A DNA stretch of 64,000 nt. Source: Octopus vulgaris (taxonomy: Eukaryota). This document shows positions 11,200 to 25,619 of the stretch, one piece after another; position 1 is the stretch's first letter; each line of letters begins with the position of its first letter. The notes under the pieces were generated by a model, which did no database searches, was not told where the DNA came from, and saw only the letters and a list, made by a program, of their open reading frames with translations. The stretch covers positions 71,052,001 through 71,116,000 of the forward strand of contig OX597814.1 of the NCBI GenBank assembly GCA_951406725.2. The letters are read 5' to 3'. A program made the position numbers and the translations under genes.

Positions 11200-12580
11200 G
11201 AACAAAGTTCGAAGTTTAGCGTAGCATTTAAAAATTGTGTGTGTGAACTTTTTTGAAATAGAAATTTTTAAGGGTTCACAAAAGAATGCAAGCCTGGATA
11301 GCAGAGTCATGCTTGATTAGAGTAATTTACTACTGCCACCTCTGGGAGGAGGTGTCTACTCTTCAAGTTCACTTGCATCTTTCAATCTGTGACTTGATGA
11401 ATAATAGAAAACGATCCCTTTCCGTTGCTTTTGGTATAGGAACTTCGTAACCATTTCTTAAGAATCTGATACCCGTAGGCATTGATTACTTTTATTTATT
11501 GGAATTATCTCTCAACACATCCGCCCACTTAGGATTCCTACAAGGAACTTGTGCTTCCACTTACCTTTGGGCATCCGGTCAAAATGTGGTTCAAGGTGTA
11601 AAGAGTTTTCTAAACTGATTGCAGAATGGTTCTTCTTTCTTGCCCCATATTTTAAGATTATTTGGGATTGGCAAGACGTCATCGTCGGTACACATTAGAA
11701 GGACAATTTTCCCTAGTCATTACTCTAGAGTTCCCTCCTGGATAGTAAGCACTTAAATGCTTGATCCCATTGTATTTATTGTTCACTGTTACGCTGCTAT
11801 CTTCCCCTGTTGAATTGCGGATCCATTGCAGTATGAGTTCTTCCTTGTCCTTGGCATTGGTATTTCCCCTTCTCCTGGTGCTCAGTCATAGCCATGTTTG
11901 TGAGACTACTTCAACAATTGTCTGGTACTTCCAAAGCGTTTCTGCTTCCTTCACAGTTTCTTGACGTTTCCACTTTCTGCCGTCCTTTATGGTCTTGTTT
12001 GAATGTCTCATCCTCAAGAGTAATAATGTGCTTTCTGCTCTTGTCTTGGTGGGTTTCAATTACTCCACTACTGATGAAATTGGCAGGCAGAGCTTAGAGG
12101 CCTTGCTGTACAGGCTGACTGAGCTGAAAGTTGGGGTAACGCCCAGCCATCTTCACACGAATTTACTGCACGACCTCTACATTGTTTACACCTGAGTCAT
12201 GGTAAAATCGTAAATCACTGGAAGCTCCATACCTTCAAACTCTCAGGCAGCTGACATTTTATCAACTACCGTTAGCCTCTTGTTTACTTGGGTTTTGGTG
12301 TCTTTTTGTATTAATATTGTCCTTAAAAGTACGATTGTATCTAATTCTTTTTTTGCTGGTCATGAAATTTGTCAGACATCTTTTGAGAATAATCAAGCTA
12401 CGAGATTTTGCTGAACTGAACTTCATACGTGGCCATGGCGTTATCTTCAGCGAGCTCAGAGTCCGTCCCTTGGGCTGATGGTGTCATAGCCGTTGTATCA
12501 TCCATAAAATCCTTCTCTACACTTCTCTGAAAGTTCTTAAATCGAGGAGCGACTTCTAATTTCACCTGCTTATTTTGTAG
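11200..12580 (-). mobile_element. Decayed HERO-like non-LTR retrotransposon (RT C-terminal half + Zn knuckle)
   Basis: Minus strand fragments FMDDTTAMT, RWLGVTPTFSSVSLYSKASKLCLPISSVVE, KWKRQETVKEAE, DVLPIPNNLKIWG, TLNHILTGCP. Confidence 0.7.
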
Positions 12581-12619
12581 TAAGAGACTATATTGTTCCC
12601 TTGTGGAAACTACTCCAGC

Positions 12620-12940
12620 GAAGGAAGCTTTGCTATTGCTGCTGTTATGATTGCTGATGGCAGTGTAATGGAGTGGTGCTCTGTCGGTGTTATTGTTTTT
12701 GTCGCTACTATCATTGTTGTTGTTACTACTGCTGCTGCTGTTGCTGTTTTTGCTGTTATTACTGTTATTGCTCTTGCGGCTACTGCCACTGCAACTGTTC
12801 GTTTTACTTTAGCGCCCTTGCCGCTGAAGCTGCTACCGTTTTTACTTTTTCTAACATTACTACTCCTGCTGTTGTAACTTTTATTAATATTGATATAGCT
12901 GCTGCTTCTACTTCTGCTGCTGTGCTGCTGCTGCTGCTGC

Positions 12941-12989
<49 letters not shown>

Positions 12990-12991
12990 GC

Positions 12992-13022
<31 letters not shown>

Positions 13023-13200
13023 AGTGCTACTGTCGTTTGCTGTAATAGTAGTGGTACAATTTTTGAGCTTTGAACTTTTAATGATGAAAACATTTCCTTT
13101 CTTTCCATCACCATAATGCCACCTTTACTACCATTGTTGTTGCCGCTATTGTTAATTTTGTTAAAGTTGTTGTTGTTGTTGTTGGCCGGGAAGTGGGGGT
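12620..13200. repeat. Degenerate (GCT/GTT)n trinucleotide low-complexity tract
   Basis: Direct inspection. Confidence 0.9.
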
Positions 13201-13289
13201 GTTACTGCCACTAACGTTTGCCACTATGGTAGTATTACAATTATTTTCACTTTGAACTTTCAACGAGGGAAACACATTCTCCCTTTCCG

Positions 13290-14280
13290 ACAAGGGCAGG
13301 ATGGTCAGATTTGGAAAGAGGGATTACGAAGGTGTGAAACTATAATTTAGACACATGGAATAACTGTGTGGGAAGAGGTCGTAAATGTTTCAGAAACCTG
13401 CTTAGAAGCTTCTAAGCTCTCTGCCGGGTACCGATAGGATTTCCCTGATGTGCCAGTACAGACAGAGAGGCCATCCAGATCATACTTAGATACAGTAATT
13501 GTTTTGTCAGCGGATGCAATAATGTAGGATGTTCATATTTGAAACTGGTCAGCTATACAGATCACAAATTTGTGAGCTGTTCAGTTGACTGAGATATAAT
13601 TCGTAACCCGATTATTGGAAGTTGAATGTGACAAGTCTGCAGAAACTGGATTAGTGAAATAAGTAGCAGTTGACGAAGCAGACAACAACTGGTAGTGGAA
13701 TACCTTGAAGATTGGATCAGAGTCGATAGCGTTTGGCTAAGAACTAGTGAAAGAGATTCAAATAGATTAGAATAGGAATTAATTAGCAATCAACAAGAGA
13801 CGATTAATAAAGCCATCGTGACTGACATGCTTGCGGAGAAGATGGCCTTAACCACTCCTTGAATACAAGACATGAAGGGTGCGTCCCCAGAGCTCAGGCC
13901 CATGCACTAAAACACAGGATAGTATGCGAGTGCTCTTTGATGTCCGATTAAAGAATAGGGTAGGGAAGACAATTTGCCTTTGTTTGGTGGCTATTGAGAG
14001 AAACGGTTGCGAAGTGAACGAGGTCGAAAGGTATGTGGTTAGAGACTTTCTTCTTTGGTAGAGCCCTCCTCAACCTTTTCAAGCTTCACTTGTAAAGGAA
14101 GTTGAGGGTAGAGAATTTATTGAAAGTTGGGTGATAATGGCTAAATAGCTTCTAAATATAAACCCGTAAGCTGAGAACGAAAACTGAACAGGGCACTTAC
14201 CCTTCTTGTTCAGGGAGATATTCGATGGAGGAGCTCCTCGATTGGCCCTAGAGATTCTCCTGTATTAGGAAGATTGCATC
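13290..14280 (-). mobile_element. Possible very old LINE relic
   Basis: Balanced composition and only weak LRII-type motifs; no diagnostic motif. Confidence 0.25.
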
Positions 14281-14649
14281 AGGATTTTTTATGTTGTTAG
14301 GAGGATTGCATCATAATTTTTTATGTGCGTGTGTATGTGCTACGTAATAATTTATGAGGTACACGCAAAACAGAGAGAATCCTTAAATATAATGTATCTA
14401 TTCATTCTCAAAACATTGATTTATGCATTTTTCTGCTCGAACAGGTATAATATTATCAACTATTCATACCGCTATGAGTGAAGGTTCTTTTTTTTTTCGG
14501 TGGGGTGGGGAGCACGATTAAGTCTGGCTTGGCTAATTCTCAGGTTGAATTCTGTGTTGTTAAGTATTAAATCAATCCAGGTTTGCATTACACTGGTAAA
14601 CGACGGCTCTGTTTTTGAGTTTGTGGTAACGAATGAGTTTTTATTTTTA

Positions 14650-14679
14650 CTGTTGCTACTACTATTACTGTTGCTTCTG

Positions 14680-14759
<80 letters not shown>

Positions 14760-14860
14760 ATTGCTGTTATTGTTTCTGTTGCCCTTGTTGTTTGCTCTTA
14801 TTGCTTCCATTGTTCTAATTGTTTTTAGAAAAGTAATAAGAGGAGGAGGAGGGGGAAGAG

Positions 14861-14944
<84 letters not shown>

Positions 14945-15020
14945 AAGAAGAAGAAGAAGAAGAAGAAGAAGAAGAAGAAGAAGAAGAAGAAGAAGAAGAA
15001 GAAGAAGAAGAAGAAGAAGA
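14650..15020. repeat. Compound (GCT)n(GAT)n..(AAT)n(AAG)n microsatellites
   Basis: Direct inspection. Confidence 0.95.
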
Positions 15021-16549
15021 AATTAGAATACGAGAGAACGAAACAATGAATAAGAAAAACATTGTATATCTTCTTTACATCTCATCAATGGCAGTACACC
15101 CATCCCCTCCAAAACAAGTAAAATAGTCGCTGCTTCAAAGATTCTACAGTCATTTGTTTCGAAGAATCATCCGTTTAACAGGAGCGGCTGAACTTTTGTT
15201 CATTCACTTCTTGTATTTATTTTTAAAACCAACATAAATGACAAAAGCATGAGGCATGTTGAGCTGGACAAGACCCACTTACTATTTTAAATTAGTCACA
15301 TGCTCTAAATGTTTACCTTTTTTCTGTTTAATCGGAGCTTTTCTTCGTATATTTTGTTGCGGATTTTCGGTTTTACGATTTTACTCCTACTCATCCATCT
15401 TCACCTCTCCTCCTACCTTTTTCTTCTTTGTCTCCTTCAATACAGCGAGATACAACAATTTCACTCTGTATCGACCACTCGTATCATCGCTTGCGTCGAC
15501 AAGAGTATCAGAAATAACATTACCATCATACTTCATGACATCACTGCTGCCACAATTTACATTGATACACCCATCATCACAATTGAGGACATTAAACAGC
15601 ATGTTTAACAGTGCGCTTGTACTAATGCCATCATCAGGCTCAGCATTACTGTTAATGGGTCTATCACTAGACCCATTACCACCTTTCCTATTATAATCAA
15701 TAGTCTCAACATTAGTTCCATCGACATTATCATCACCACACCATAATCAAGATAATTACCACAACCATAACTACCATGTTTTCCATTGAAATGATTCAAT
15801 TTCACTTTGATTTTAGTCGCCTTCAACAAGATTACACTCACCGCTCCTCTCAGCATCATGTCTCACGGCAGCCAATGGCACCGTAGCATCTTAACTCTTT
15901 CAAGCTGGATGGTACAAATAAAGTACCATTTATTTGTATCAGTTTAGTGAGTGGTGGTACATAATTCATACTGAAACTTAAAATTCTTTTCGCTGCATGG
16001 TCGGTAGCTCAGAAAACGTACCCCTTCATCTATCAGCCAATCAGAAGTCACCCTTCCATCTGGCAAGAATTTCTGCGACACAAACGGAATATTTTTTTCA
16101 GTTGAATCCATTTTGTGCCAAAGGTCAATCGACGAAAAAGCAAGAGTGCAAATTTTTGCCCTTCCAGAGTTTTTTTTGTTTTTTTTTGGCCTATCTATCT
16201 CGTCTCTGAAAGACTTAAAAGAGATAAGATGCCTATGATAATATGGTCCTATGTTTGAATAAAATCTGGAATGGCGCTATGTTTGAATAAAATCTGGAAT
16301 GATCACAACAGAGACGCTAGCACTACCAGACCCTCAAATTAAATCTTTTGTTGATAACGAAATGAAGTCGACTGATTTAATGAGTATACCATTCATATTT
16401 TAAAGTAGTTTTCCAGCATTCCTCTATATCGGTGAAACTGGTTTTTTACTCTTTGGTTTGTATTGAAATGAAGCAATCAAAATATCATTTTCATCTTTTA
16501 TCCTGATTTCTGATTTGCAAAAAAGGAAGAAAGAAAAGTCTTATGTTGG

Positions 16550-16750
16550 CTGTTGGTTCTTAACCCCAGATCAGCTCTGAGGTAGACGACTTATGTTGAA
16601 AAGTGCCTTACAGAGGCCACTCTTTTTATTTCAAGCATTGTGCATCAAGTAAGATCTTTTTTAAGATGATAGAATGTGATTTCAAGAAGATTTGGCAACT
16701 ATTTCTTGCAGACAGAGCGACCAATTAAAGGATTTTTTGTTGATTCATTC
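16550..16750. repeat. Dispersed repeat family C; related copy at ~24600-24800
   Basis: Shared gatttggcaactatttcttgcag / gatatttagctgctctttctagc and upstream similarity. Confidence 0.4.
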
Positions 16751-17755
16751 CGACACATGGTTATAGTTTTAGGAAACTCAAACAACTGGAAAATTTAAGA
16801 AGTATATTTTAAGTAACAATGTGAAGTAAGAAGTACATTTTAGGAAACAATTTATAGAATAGTACCGGGAGTATACTTCTTATATCCATAAACCTATAAA
16901 TTATCGGTCCGTCATATTAATATAAGACGCATTTCTGTAAAGGATATGTAAAGATGACTGCATATCATCTCAAGTCATATCAGGTACTTATGCTATTAGT
17001 CCAGAAGGAATGAAATCTACTCGATGTCCTTCGAAATCAAAACATTCAGAAATGAAGCTTAGTACCATATGAGATTTTTTCCAGGCATCTATGATATTTC
17101 TACTACTATCCCTTTGAAAACAAAACTGCTACAATGAAGTTTCAAAATTGGATTTCTCAAAGACAACTTTTTTAACAACCTAGGTCTAGAGGTATACCAT
17201 CTAAGGAGCGATGTATATACTACTGACAAGCACTCACACTATGAGTGAGTTCAAAGAAAGTCTTCACTTATCCATTCTACACCTTTGCTAAATCATTAAG
17301 TACAGATTCTAAGGTTCGAAGCAATAAATCAGGAAATGATCGGAATATTTTAGCACATTTTCACATGTACACACTATACAAGGAAACAACATTTTGACAA
17401 AGTGGATTTGACGTTTTCATTCATAGTCAAGGTGTGGGTGTAAAACGCTTTTATCTAGTAGATGAGAAATAAATAAATAAATTACCAAATGTGTGGACAA
17501 TAATTTCTTGAAGAGAATAAAATCGATAAATTCCATTTGGAAGGTTTCGTACAGAAAAAGAAAAAAATAACAGCTCTATTAACAAATGAATGACTCAAAT
17601 CAAAACAGGAGAGATAAAAAAGAGATACTGAGGTAACGATAAATTTGTTCCAGATGCAATCTGATGTCAGATGATTTGTTAAAGAACCATCTTTTACTTT
17701 ATGGTTGGAGTGAGAGGAATTACGTTAAATAAACGTAATATAATCTCTCTCTCTT

Positions 17756-17801
<46 letters not shown>

Positions 17802-18201
17802 TTTCATGTCTATATCTTATGTGTAAGCATTAAAGGATATCTAATGCCCTTTTAGAATGTCTTGGTACACACAAACACACAGGCAAACTACTACTCTGAT
17901 ACAGTTGTGTATGTGCGCAAATATCTTATTTTCTATGATATTCCATCTAAAAAAATCTCTTCGAATCTATGTGGATGAATATATGGTTGTCTGTAAATAT
18001 ATTTGCCCGAATTTGAGTTTAGTGGGAGATTTGAAGTCTAATAAGAGTAGGTATATAACGTGAATTGAAAACGACCGTATGACCTAATTCGCCTGTGTGT
18101 TGGTTTGGGAGAACAGTTTCTTATGTATCTTCACCAGCCGATTCGCTACTTCCAATTCTGAATACATTACCTTAACCAGGCTTCCTGAAGTATATAATAT
18201 C

Positions 18202-19681
18202 AACAGTAATAATAAGGATTATTACGAAGTGGTATAGCATTACTTTTAATTCTATATATACAGCTTTACATAGACCAACACACGTTTCAACTGCAACGAT
18301 TAGTAAACGTTGTAATTGCAACCCTACAATAATACCGGTGCAATTTTGTAATATTTATGGTTTATTGAAAAATACTTTTTAGTTGCTAAATTGAACAATT
18401 TGCAAAAATTATAATTTACTTGTTTACCAAATGGAATAACTAACCGTAAAGTATTTTTCGAGTTAAAATCATAACCTTGATGGTTATACCCGTTTTTCGA
18501 AGGCGTAAGTATTCTTTGATTTCGATTGACAATCGAAAAGTATTTTCCAATAAATCATAAATATTGTAGAATTTTTAATAAGCATAAGATTCGCATGGCT
18601 TATTGTAGCAGCAAAAATATTGCACAAATTTTAGCAATACGTAACATAAAAGTAATATCGAAATTTCAAAAAGGCTATTATAATCAGAGTAGCATAGTAA
18701 ATATTCAGAATAATAATGTCTAGCAGAATAAACTTTTTTAAAAAATCAAATAGAAGAGAACGCTAAGAATTTAAAAGTCGCGGAAAGGGGAAATAACCCA
18801 ATTTAACATAGTAACGTTGAATCGAATAAAAATTCAGCTCGAAATAGAATAAAGATGACGTTATCTAAAAGAGTAAATAGCGATAAAGATGGAAATGAAT
18901 TTGATTTTACCATGAATGATCAAATCAAAACCAAATCTGAGAGAAATATATAAAAAATTATCTTTGCAATTGTTCTAAACAGGAATCCTGCTATGTGAAA
19001 AATAAATGTAAGACTCAAAATGTTGGATATAGATGTAAAGTTACATCTGAGGGTAAGGAATACTTAAACATCGGTGAGACATCACTAATTTTCAAGAGGA
19101 GACTGGCAAATGATCTGAGTTGATTTAGAGATAAAAATAAATTATTTTAAACAAGACTTAGTAAATTATTAATCTGATCTATTAAAGACAGAATCAAAGA
19201 CTATACTATCAATTGGGAATTAATTTGTACTGCAGAACCATACAGACCTGGAATTAAAAAATGTGACCTATGTTTAGAAAAATTTTACCAAATTTTTACA
19301 TCTAAAAGTAATGTACAAGGACAAGCTTTGTACAGGAACAACCTCTGAGGTGCTTGCACATGAGGAATTTCACATCTGCCCCAGTATAAATAATAACAAA
19401 GATTTAAACAACAGAATGTTTTGAAAGTGATTATCCAATCAAAACTTGAATTGAAGATAGTTCGCGCCGAACTTAACGAACAACTCTACAGAATAGATAA
19501 TCGAAAGACTTCAATTAAAGTAAAGACCTTCAAGAAATTGCATCGGTATTATTGTAAGGGTTCAATTGCAACGATTACAAATCGGTACAGTTGAAACGTG
19601 AAGGTCTATGTAAAGTTGTATATATAAAAAGAATTAAAGGTAATGTTATGCCACTTCGTAATAATCCTTATTATTATTGTT
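18202..19681 (+). mobile_element. 5'-truncated Penelope-like element with inverted pseudo-LTR
   Basis: IEKYFPINHKYCRIFNKHKIRMAYC, CNC..C..NKC, VGYRCKV..IGET, INWELI..PYRPGIKKCDLC (GIY-YIG); 18202-18346 is an inverted copy of 19535-19681. Confidence 0.85.
19524..19607 (+). ncRNA. Degenerate hammerhead motif with expanded stem II in the pseudo-LTR
   Basis: agacc-ttcaaga-aattg..cagtt-gaaa-cgtg..ggtct; inverted copy reads gaaa-cgtgtg-tt-ggtct; core mutated. Confidence 0.4.
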
Positions 19682-19769
19682 CATGTGTGTGTGTGTGAGA
19701 GAGAGAGTGTGTGTATGTGTGTATACATGTATGTATGTATGTATGTATGTATGTATGTATGTATATCAT

Positions 19770-20150
19770 ATCAGACTTCCATCCTTCACGCCTTCAAATC
19801 AGGTGTCAATTTTCTCTCACTTTCTGATACTCAAAGTTTTCCATAATCTTCTGTAATGTACTGCAGTCTAAAGTCCATTTGCGCAGCACGTTTGAAGACT
19901 GACTCTCTAACCACGCAAATCAATTCGTCCACTCGTGCGCAGTTCGTATCACTAGTCGCAGTTGATGGTTTCCTATTGCATGGTTTGTCTTTTATACTCG
20001 TTTCCACTTCTTTAAACTTCATTCATCTGTGCGTGTTGCTCTTCTCAGTACTGTCATCTTCGTAAACAACCCGTTGCTCTCTGCGGAGGTCAGAGTTCTC
20101 TTCCTTCTAGATTCAATGACGCCATATCACTTCTGCTTGGAACCCATTAT
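19770..20150 (-). mobile_element. Mariner transposase N-terminal fragment
   Basis: KFKEVETSIKDKPCNRKPSTATSDTNCARVDELI matches the mariner F..G..S..D.PR.GRP region. Confidence 0.65.
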
Positions 20151-20480
20151 CTATCTGCAATGAAGAACAGAGAGAAAAGACAACAAAGAGGAGTTACTTT
20201 ACCAGCATGTGGAATTTAAGAAACGTTCATCCCATAATTAGGACAAAGTCATTATTTAATGATTTATCAGTGGCCACCATACTAAAATACTATAATGGTT
20301 AATTCATTTTAAAATTACAGTAATAGCATAGAATAATTACAACACTAGTCTGCTTGAAGTAGACTCCAAATGGTCTAAGTACCGCTTAGATTATTAGCCC
20401 TCTACCACTCGGCGAGGGAAATAGACAGCCGTTCATTTTCCTAGCTTACAATCTTTTGGTATTGGAATAGTAAAGTATTG

Positions 20481-20557
<77 letters not shown>

Positions 20558-20558
20558 C

Positions 20559-20596
<38 letters not shown>

Positions 20597-20605
20597 ATAT
20601 ATGTA

Positions 20606-20680
<75 letters not shown>

Positions 20681-20682
<2 letters not shown>

Positions 20683-20800
20683 CCGTCTACCAAATCCCCT
20701 TACAAGGCTTTGGTCGGCTCGAGGCTATAGTTGAAGACATTCGACCAAGGTGCCACGCAGTGGGACTAAACCCTGACCTATGTGTTTGGGAAACAATCTT
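20681..20800 (-). mobile_element. SINE family A fragment abutting (TA)n
   Basis: ttccgtctaccaaatcc..caaggtgccacgcagtgggact. Confidence 0.8.
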
Positions 20801-21691
20801 ACGTATCAGACGTGTTGCCTTGGACTTCGCGTTTTAACTATCAGCTTATTCGAACTTCAAATCACAGTTAATTCGAATTTTACAATAAACCTTACTCTTC
20901 TGCGAGTATTAAGATAATCAGTAAATGCTATTCTAAAACTAGCCTTCAAATAATGGTCTTAATTTTACACACATACACACACGCTCAGACAGACACACAA
21001 ACACATACACACACAAATGCAGATGGATATGCAGATAGATATAAAGACAGTCAGATAGACAGATAGATATACATACCATATACATAAACGAATACAGATA
21101 TATATAGTCTGTTGTGTCTGGGGAGAGTCATTCTCTTTTAATGCCTTATTATTTAACACACTCACCGGTAAAATTTCCACTTATTTCCTTCTTTATTTTT
21201 CTAAAATTTTCGTTGCGTCTTGCAACCTTTTCAATAGTCTTGACTTTGTCCGTTATTTACACTGCGTTCCCTTTTGTTTGTTTGTGCGCATGCGTGTGAG
21301 TCAGTGTGTTTGTGTGCCTATACATGCATACATGTACGTATGTATGTGTGTGTGTGTTTGCATGTGTATGTATGTATATATGTATGTATGCATATGTATG
21401 TACGTGTGTGCATCTGTATGTACGTATCCTGCATATTTATGTGCTTGTCTGTCCGTGTTTGTGTATTTTCTATATATGTGTGAGCATGTGTTTGTATATG
21501 TATGCACCTCTGTCCCCTTGTGTGTGCATATCTCTATGTGAGTGTGTTATGCAACAATGTACCATGTTTGTATGTATGGATGTGCATCTTTATATGTGTG
21601 GATCCGTGTCTCCATATGTGTCTGTTCTTGTAACCTATGTGCCTATCTGTCTGTATGTTGATCTGTTTATTTACATATCTAAATGATTACA

Positions 21692-22084
21692 TCTTTATAT
21701 ATAAAAGAGAGGTTGTGTGCTGTCTGTCTCCTACGATTTAGATTCCTAACTACTCCCACATTTTGCGGTGCAGTTTAACCAAAACCGGGTATCTTATAGT
21801 CGTGATTCATATCGAGCCCTTCTGGATATTAGCGCGCGTCTACGATGAGTCTACGATTTAAAAAGAAAATTACCATAAATTTTTCACATTTTTAATGCAT
21901 TTTTGGCATATATAAGGGAAGTAACTCTCTAAAAATTTATTAAATCTCAGAATGTAAAAAGCTACAGTAACATCCCCTCTTTGTGGTTAGCCATATTGAA
22001 ATGGCTATTATACTTTACATCTCTAAAAATGCTTATATAGTTATTTCCCTTACAAACCCGAGCAACGCCGGGCGATACTGCTAG
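21692..22084 (+). mobile_element. Short non-autonomous Helitron (copy 1)
   Basis: a|TCtttatatataaaag 5' end; 3' cccgagcaacgccggg hairpin + CTAG|t; near-identical to 46880-47279. Confidence 0.85.
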
Positions 22085-22769
22085 TACAGAATAAAAAATA
22101 AAAATTAAAAATTAAAAATTAAAAAAGAATTAAAAAAATAAAAAAATAAAAATATAAAATATATTAATAAAAATATATTATTAAAAAAATAAAAATAAAA
22201 AATAAAAAATATAACAAAAAATAATAATGATTATAAAAAAAGGCATACATACATTTATCTACCTAACAGTCCACTAACTATTCTACTCTACCTGTGTAAG
22301 CTGTGGGTATGGAGGTATGGTATTTATTGTGTATATTTCATATTTAATATTGGGGAAGTTTCATTTATTAGGTCGTACTCCCGTATTTGTCTGAGTAGAT
22401 ACATAGACACACACACATATACATATATATACTATATAATACTTACACACACATACATATGCATCTTTGTATGTATATATGTATGGATGGATGGATGGAT
22501 GGATGGATGGATGGATGGGTGCATGGATGGATGGATGTATGCATATATGTATATCCTTTATTAGGTAAGGAAACACTATTGGTTGAAAATAACATTCTGT
22601 ATATTTTAACGTGTATATATACTATAGAAAGCTACAAAACTTCGGTATTCATCACGAGACAACATCTCGTGTGTACATATATGGCTAAAAAGCACAAAAG
22701 CATATCAGTAACAGATGAAAAATGTCCAGCAGCGGCGGTGGAATTGCTGAATCTAGATTTCTTCTTCCT

Positions 22770-23500
22770 TCAGCGTCACCAGTAGCAACACATGCTTAGG
22801 CAAATTTCACTTCTACTGATATAGAAAAACAGTGAATCGCTGGCATCTCAAATAACCGGCAGGCTGAATAAAAACTATCAGGACGAAAGTAGTATGAAAG
22901 GTTATGCTATCAAGGTTGTCAAAGCCCTTCCCATGGATGATATAGTCTCTTTGGGAGGAATCTGGAATATAAACAAAACCGATATGCAATTTGGTTAGAT
23001 GCGAGAGGAAAAAGTGATATATTCGTCATTGTAAATAAAGGATGGTCATCGCAAATTGTATCCTGCAATTTATCCTTTATCATTCATCGGAATGCCAAAG
23101 GTTTGTCTCTCAGAAAATTCCATGCTGAAGATCATGCTTCCACATATGAAAGCGCAGATGAAAAAGTGGGAGATTTTGCATCGGGACCTGAAGGAAGTGC
23201 TATCTCATAAATCCATCGTTAAGGGGGATTTCTTCGCAAAAGTCGAAAAAGGGTGACAGAGCAAGAAACGGTGGAAAATTTGGATTAAAAGAGAAAAATG
23301 AAAGAGAATACTTATTCACTATCGCAGAAGGGGTACATCTACTAGAAACAGACAGTAATGCCAAAATTTCGTGCAAAGTAAGAACAGGATTGAAATCGTT
23401 TGCTTCGCTTAAAGATGTAATCAAAGCACAAACCCCGCGTGTCAATCTCTCCAATAATACCATTTTCCCTGTGCATAAATATGCAAGTGAGACATACGAA
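22770..23500 (+). mobile_element. LINE fragments: Dong-like piece (similar to ~9455-9540) followed by an APE-endonuclease relic
   Basis: tgaaaggttatgctatcaag..ctttgggaggaatctggaat resembles 9455-9540; KGDFFAKV resembles the APE GDFNAKV motif. Confidence 0.5.
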
Positions 23501-23632
23501 TGAGGAAAAGCTTTACATGGCGAAATCTTGTCAGCAGCTGAGCACCTTCTTTAGCTACCCACGAACACACAAGAAATCAAAATTAACTGGACACAAAAGC
23601 TGTTCGAAGAGACTAGCAATTGTCTATCTACA

Positions 23633-23715
<83 letters not shown>

Positions 23716-23860
23716 GGCAGTGCTCCAGCATGGCGACAGTCAAATGACTGAAACAAGTAAAAGAATAAAAGAATAAAGTATATTAAACATATACATTTAC
23801 CGAATTTTCTCCAGTGATTAAGAAGCTATCTTTGCAAAAAAACATGATATCGGCCTTCCT

Positions 23861-23930
<70 letters not shown>

Positions 23931-23933
23931 AGG

Positions 23934-23977
<44 letters not shown>

Positions 23978-24890
23978 CATACAGACAGCGAGTCTGACTT
24001 CATCATGATTTTAAATGCTTGTTTGTTTATCCATACATAAGAGTCGTTAGTCTTTTAATTTCTCTCGGCAGTCTTTTTGTTCAATTCAAATAAATCCTAC
24101 TTAGTAGAAATAGGAATAAAAAATAAAACAAAGCTAATTCTAAATGCATTCCATATGTCATGCGGCATATGAATACATTAAAATAAGATGAAGAAACTCG
24201 GAACGACTTTAGCAGTGTTCAACAGATGCATGAATTCAAATGTATTTCCAGCACAGCTGTTATTCCAGGATTATTTTTGGTTACAGTTTTATTTTGGTTA
24301 GCGATATTACCAAACAAATCAGAGCTGCAACATTTCTCCCATTCATATTTTGTGCTGCAATTGATGAAGAACAATACCTAATGCTAGCAATGTCGTTGTG
24401 GTAGAGCACTGCACTAGAAGGACTACGTAGTTCTGAGTCCTAGTTCTACCAAAATGAACGTCGGTTGTTATCATTCTTTAACCGGTTACAAAAATATAAC
24501 ACGAAACATTGTAATTTATTTAAAGCATTGAGTTGGTAAGCTAATCAAAAATATTAACTATCTTAAAAGTGCCCCATAGTCCAGGCCTCTGTACTGTTGT
24601 TAATTGACTTTTGATTCATCCTGGCTGACAAACCTTTGACCAAAAGCGTTCCAGCCATGATTGTCATATCCATACTTCAAGCATTATGTATATATTAGAT
24701 TCGTTATTCTGTGTCTCGAGCTCTTTTCGAAGCATCCGAAGTGTAATTAGTAAGATATTTAGCTGCTCTTTCTAGCATGACATTGAGCACCTACAGTCTC
24801 TCACATAAGATCGTCCTCCATTCTGCTTTATACATACATACATACATACATACATACATACATACATACATACATACATACATACATACA

Positions 24891-24924
<34 letters not shown>

Positions 24925-24925
24925 C

Positions 24926-24956
<31 letters not shown>

Positions 24957-25006
24957 CATACATACATACATACATACATACATACATACATACATACATA
25001 CATACA

Positions 25007-25545
25007 TGGCTGCCCCCTCGTTATCGAGTATGGCCATTGCACGAAGCTTAATCAATGTTGTTATCGTGCAATGCCTGTGCAAGAAGATTTTTTTTTAAGT
25101 GAGGAAAGGCTGTGCACTGAGTCAATCCCACTCACTAAACAACAACAGCCATAATCCGAAAAGAAGAACAAGTTAACATCATCGGTAACCACTGAGCCGC
25201 AGGTTTTATGTCGGAGTTATCCCAGTTACCTGAGTTACCTTCTCCTAGAAGTATGCCCTAACAAAGGCTAGGAGTCCTTCATACCAAACAATGGTTTAAC
25301 CGCGCGATCGGGTATTCAGTCCGATTATTTCTATGTCCCCGCACATGATACAGCCTTAAGACATTTATTGGATGGCCGTTGACTCTCAAGAGTTCCTCCG
25401 CCCTTTGACGGGTTTTGTTTTTCATCCCGCAGGGTGTCCAATAAACACCCTCCTCACCAAGCAAGCTTGGTGGGGTTGCCGGTTTAGTCGCCGACGACGA
25501 CCCGACCATGCAACAGGTTGTACTGGGTTACCAGACCTGACACTA
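25007..25545 (-). mobile_element. RTE-related non-autonomous element inserted in (TACA)n
   Basis: Flanked by (TACA)n on both sides; agcctttgttagggcatacttctaggagaagg resembles an RTE 5'UTR motif; hairpin-rich. Confidence 0.45.
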
Positions 25546-25619
25546 ACATACATACATACATACATACATACATACATACATACATACATACATACATACA
25601 TACATACATACATACATTA

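Noticed and set aside
15890-16420. Second piggyBac-like end (ttaactctttc..)
   Set aside because: No matching opposite TIR or transposase motif found.
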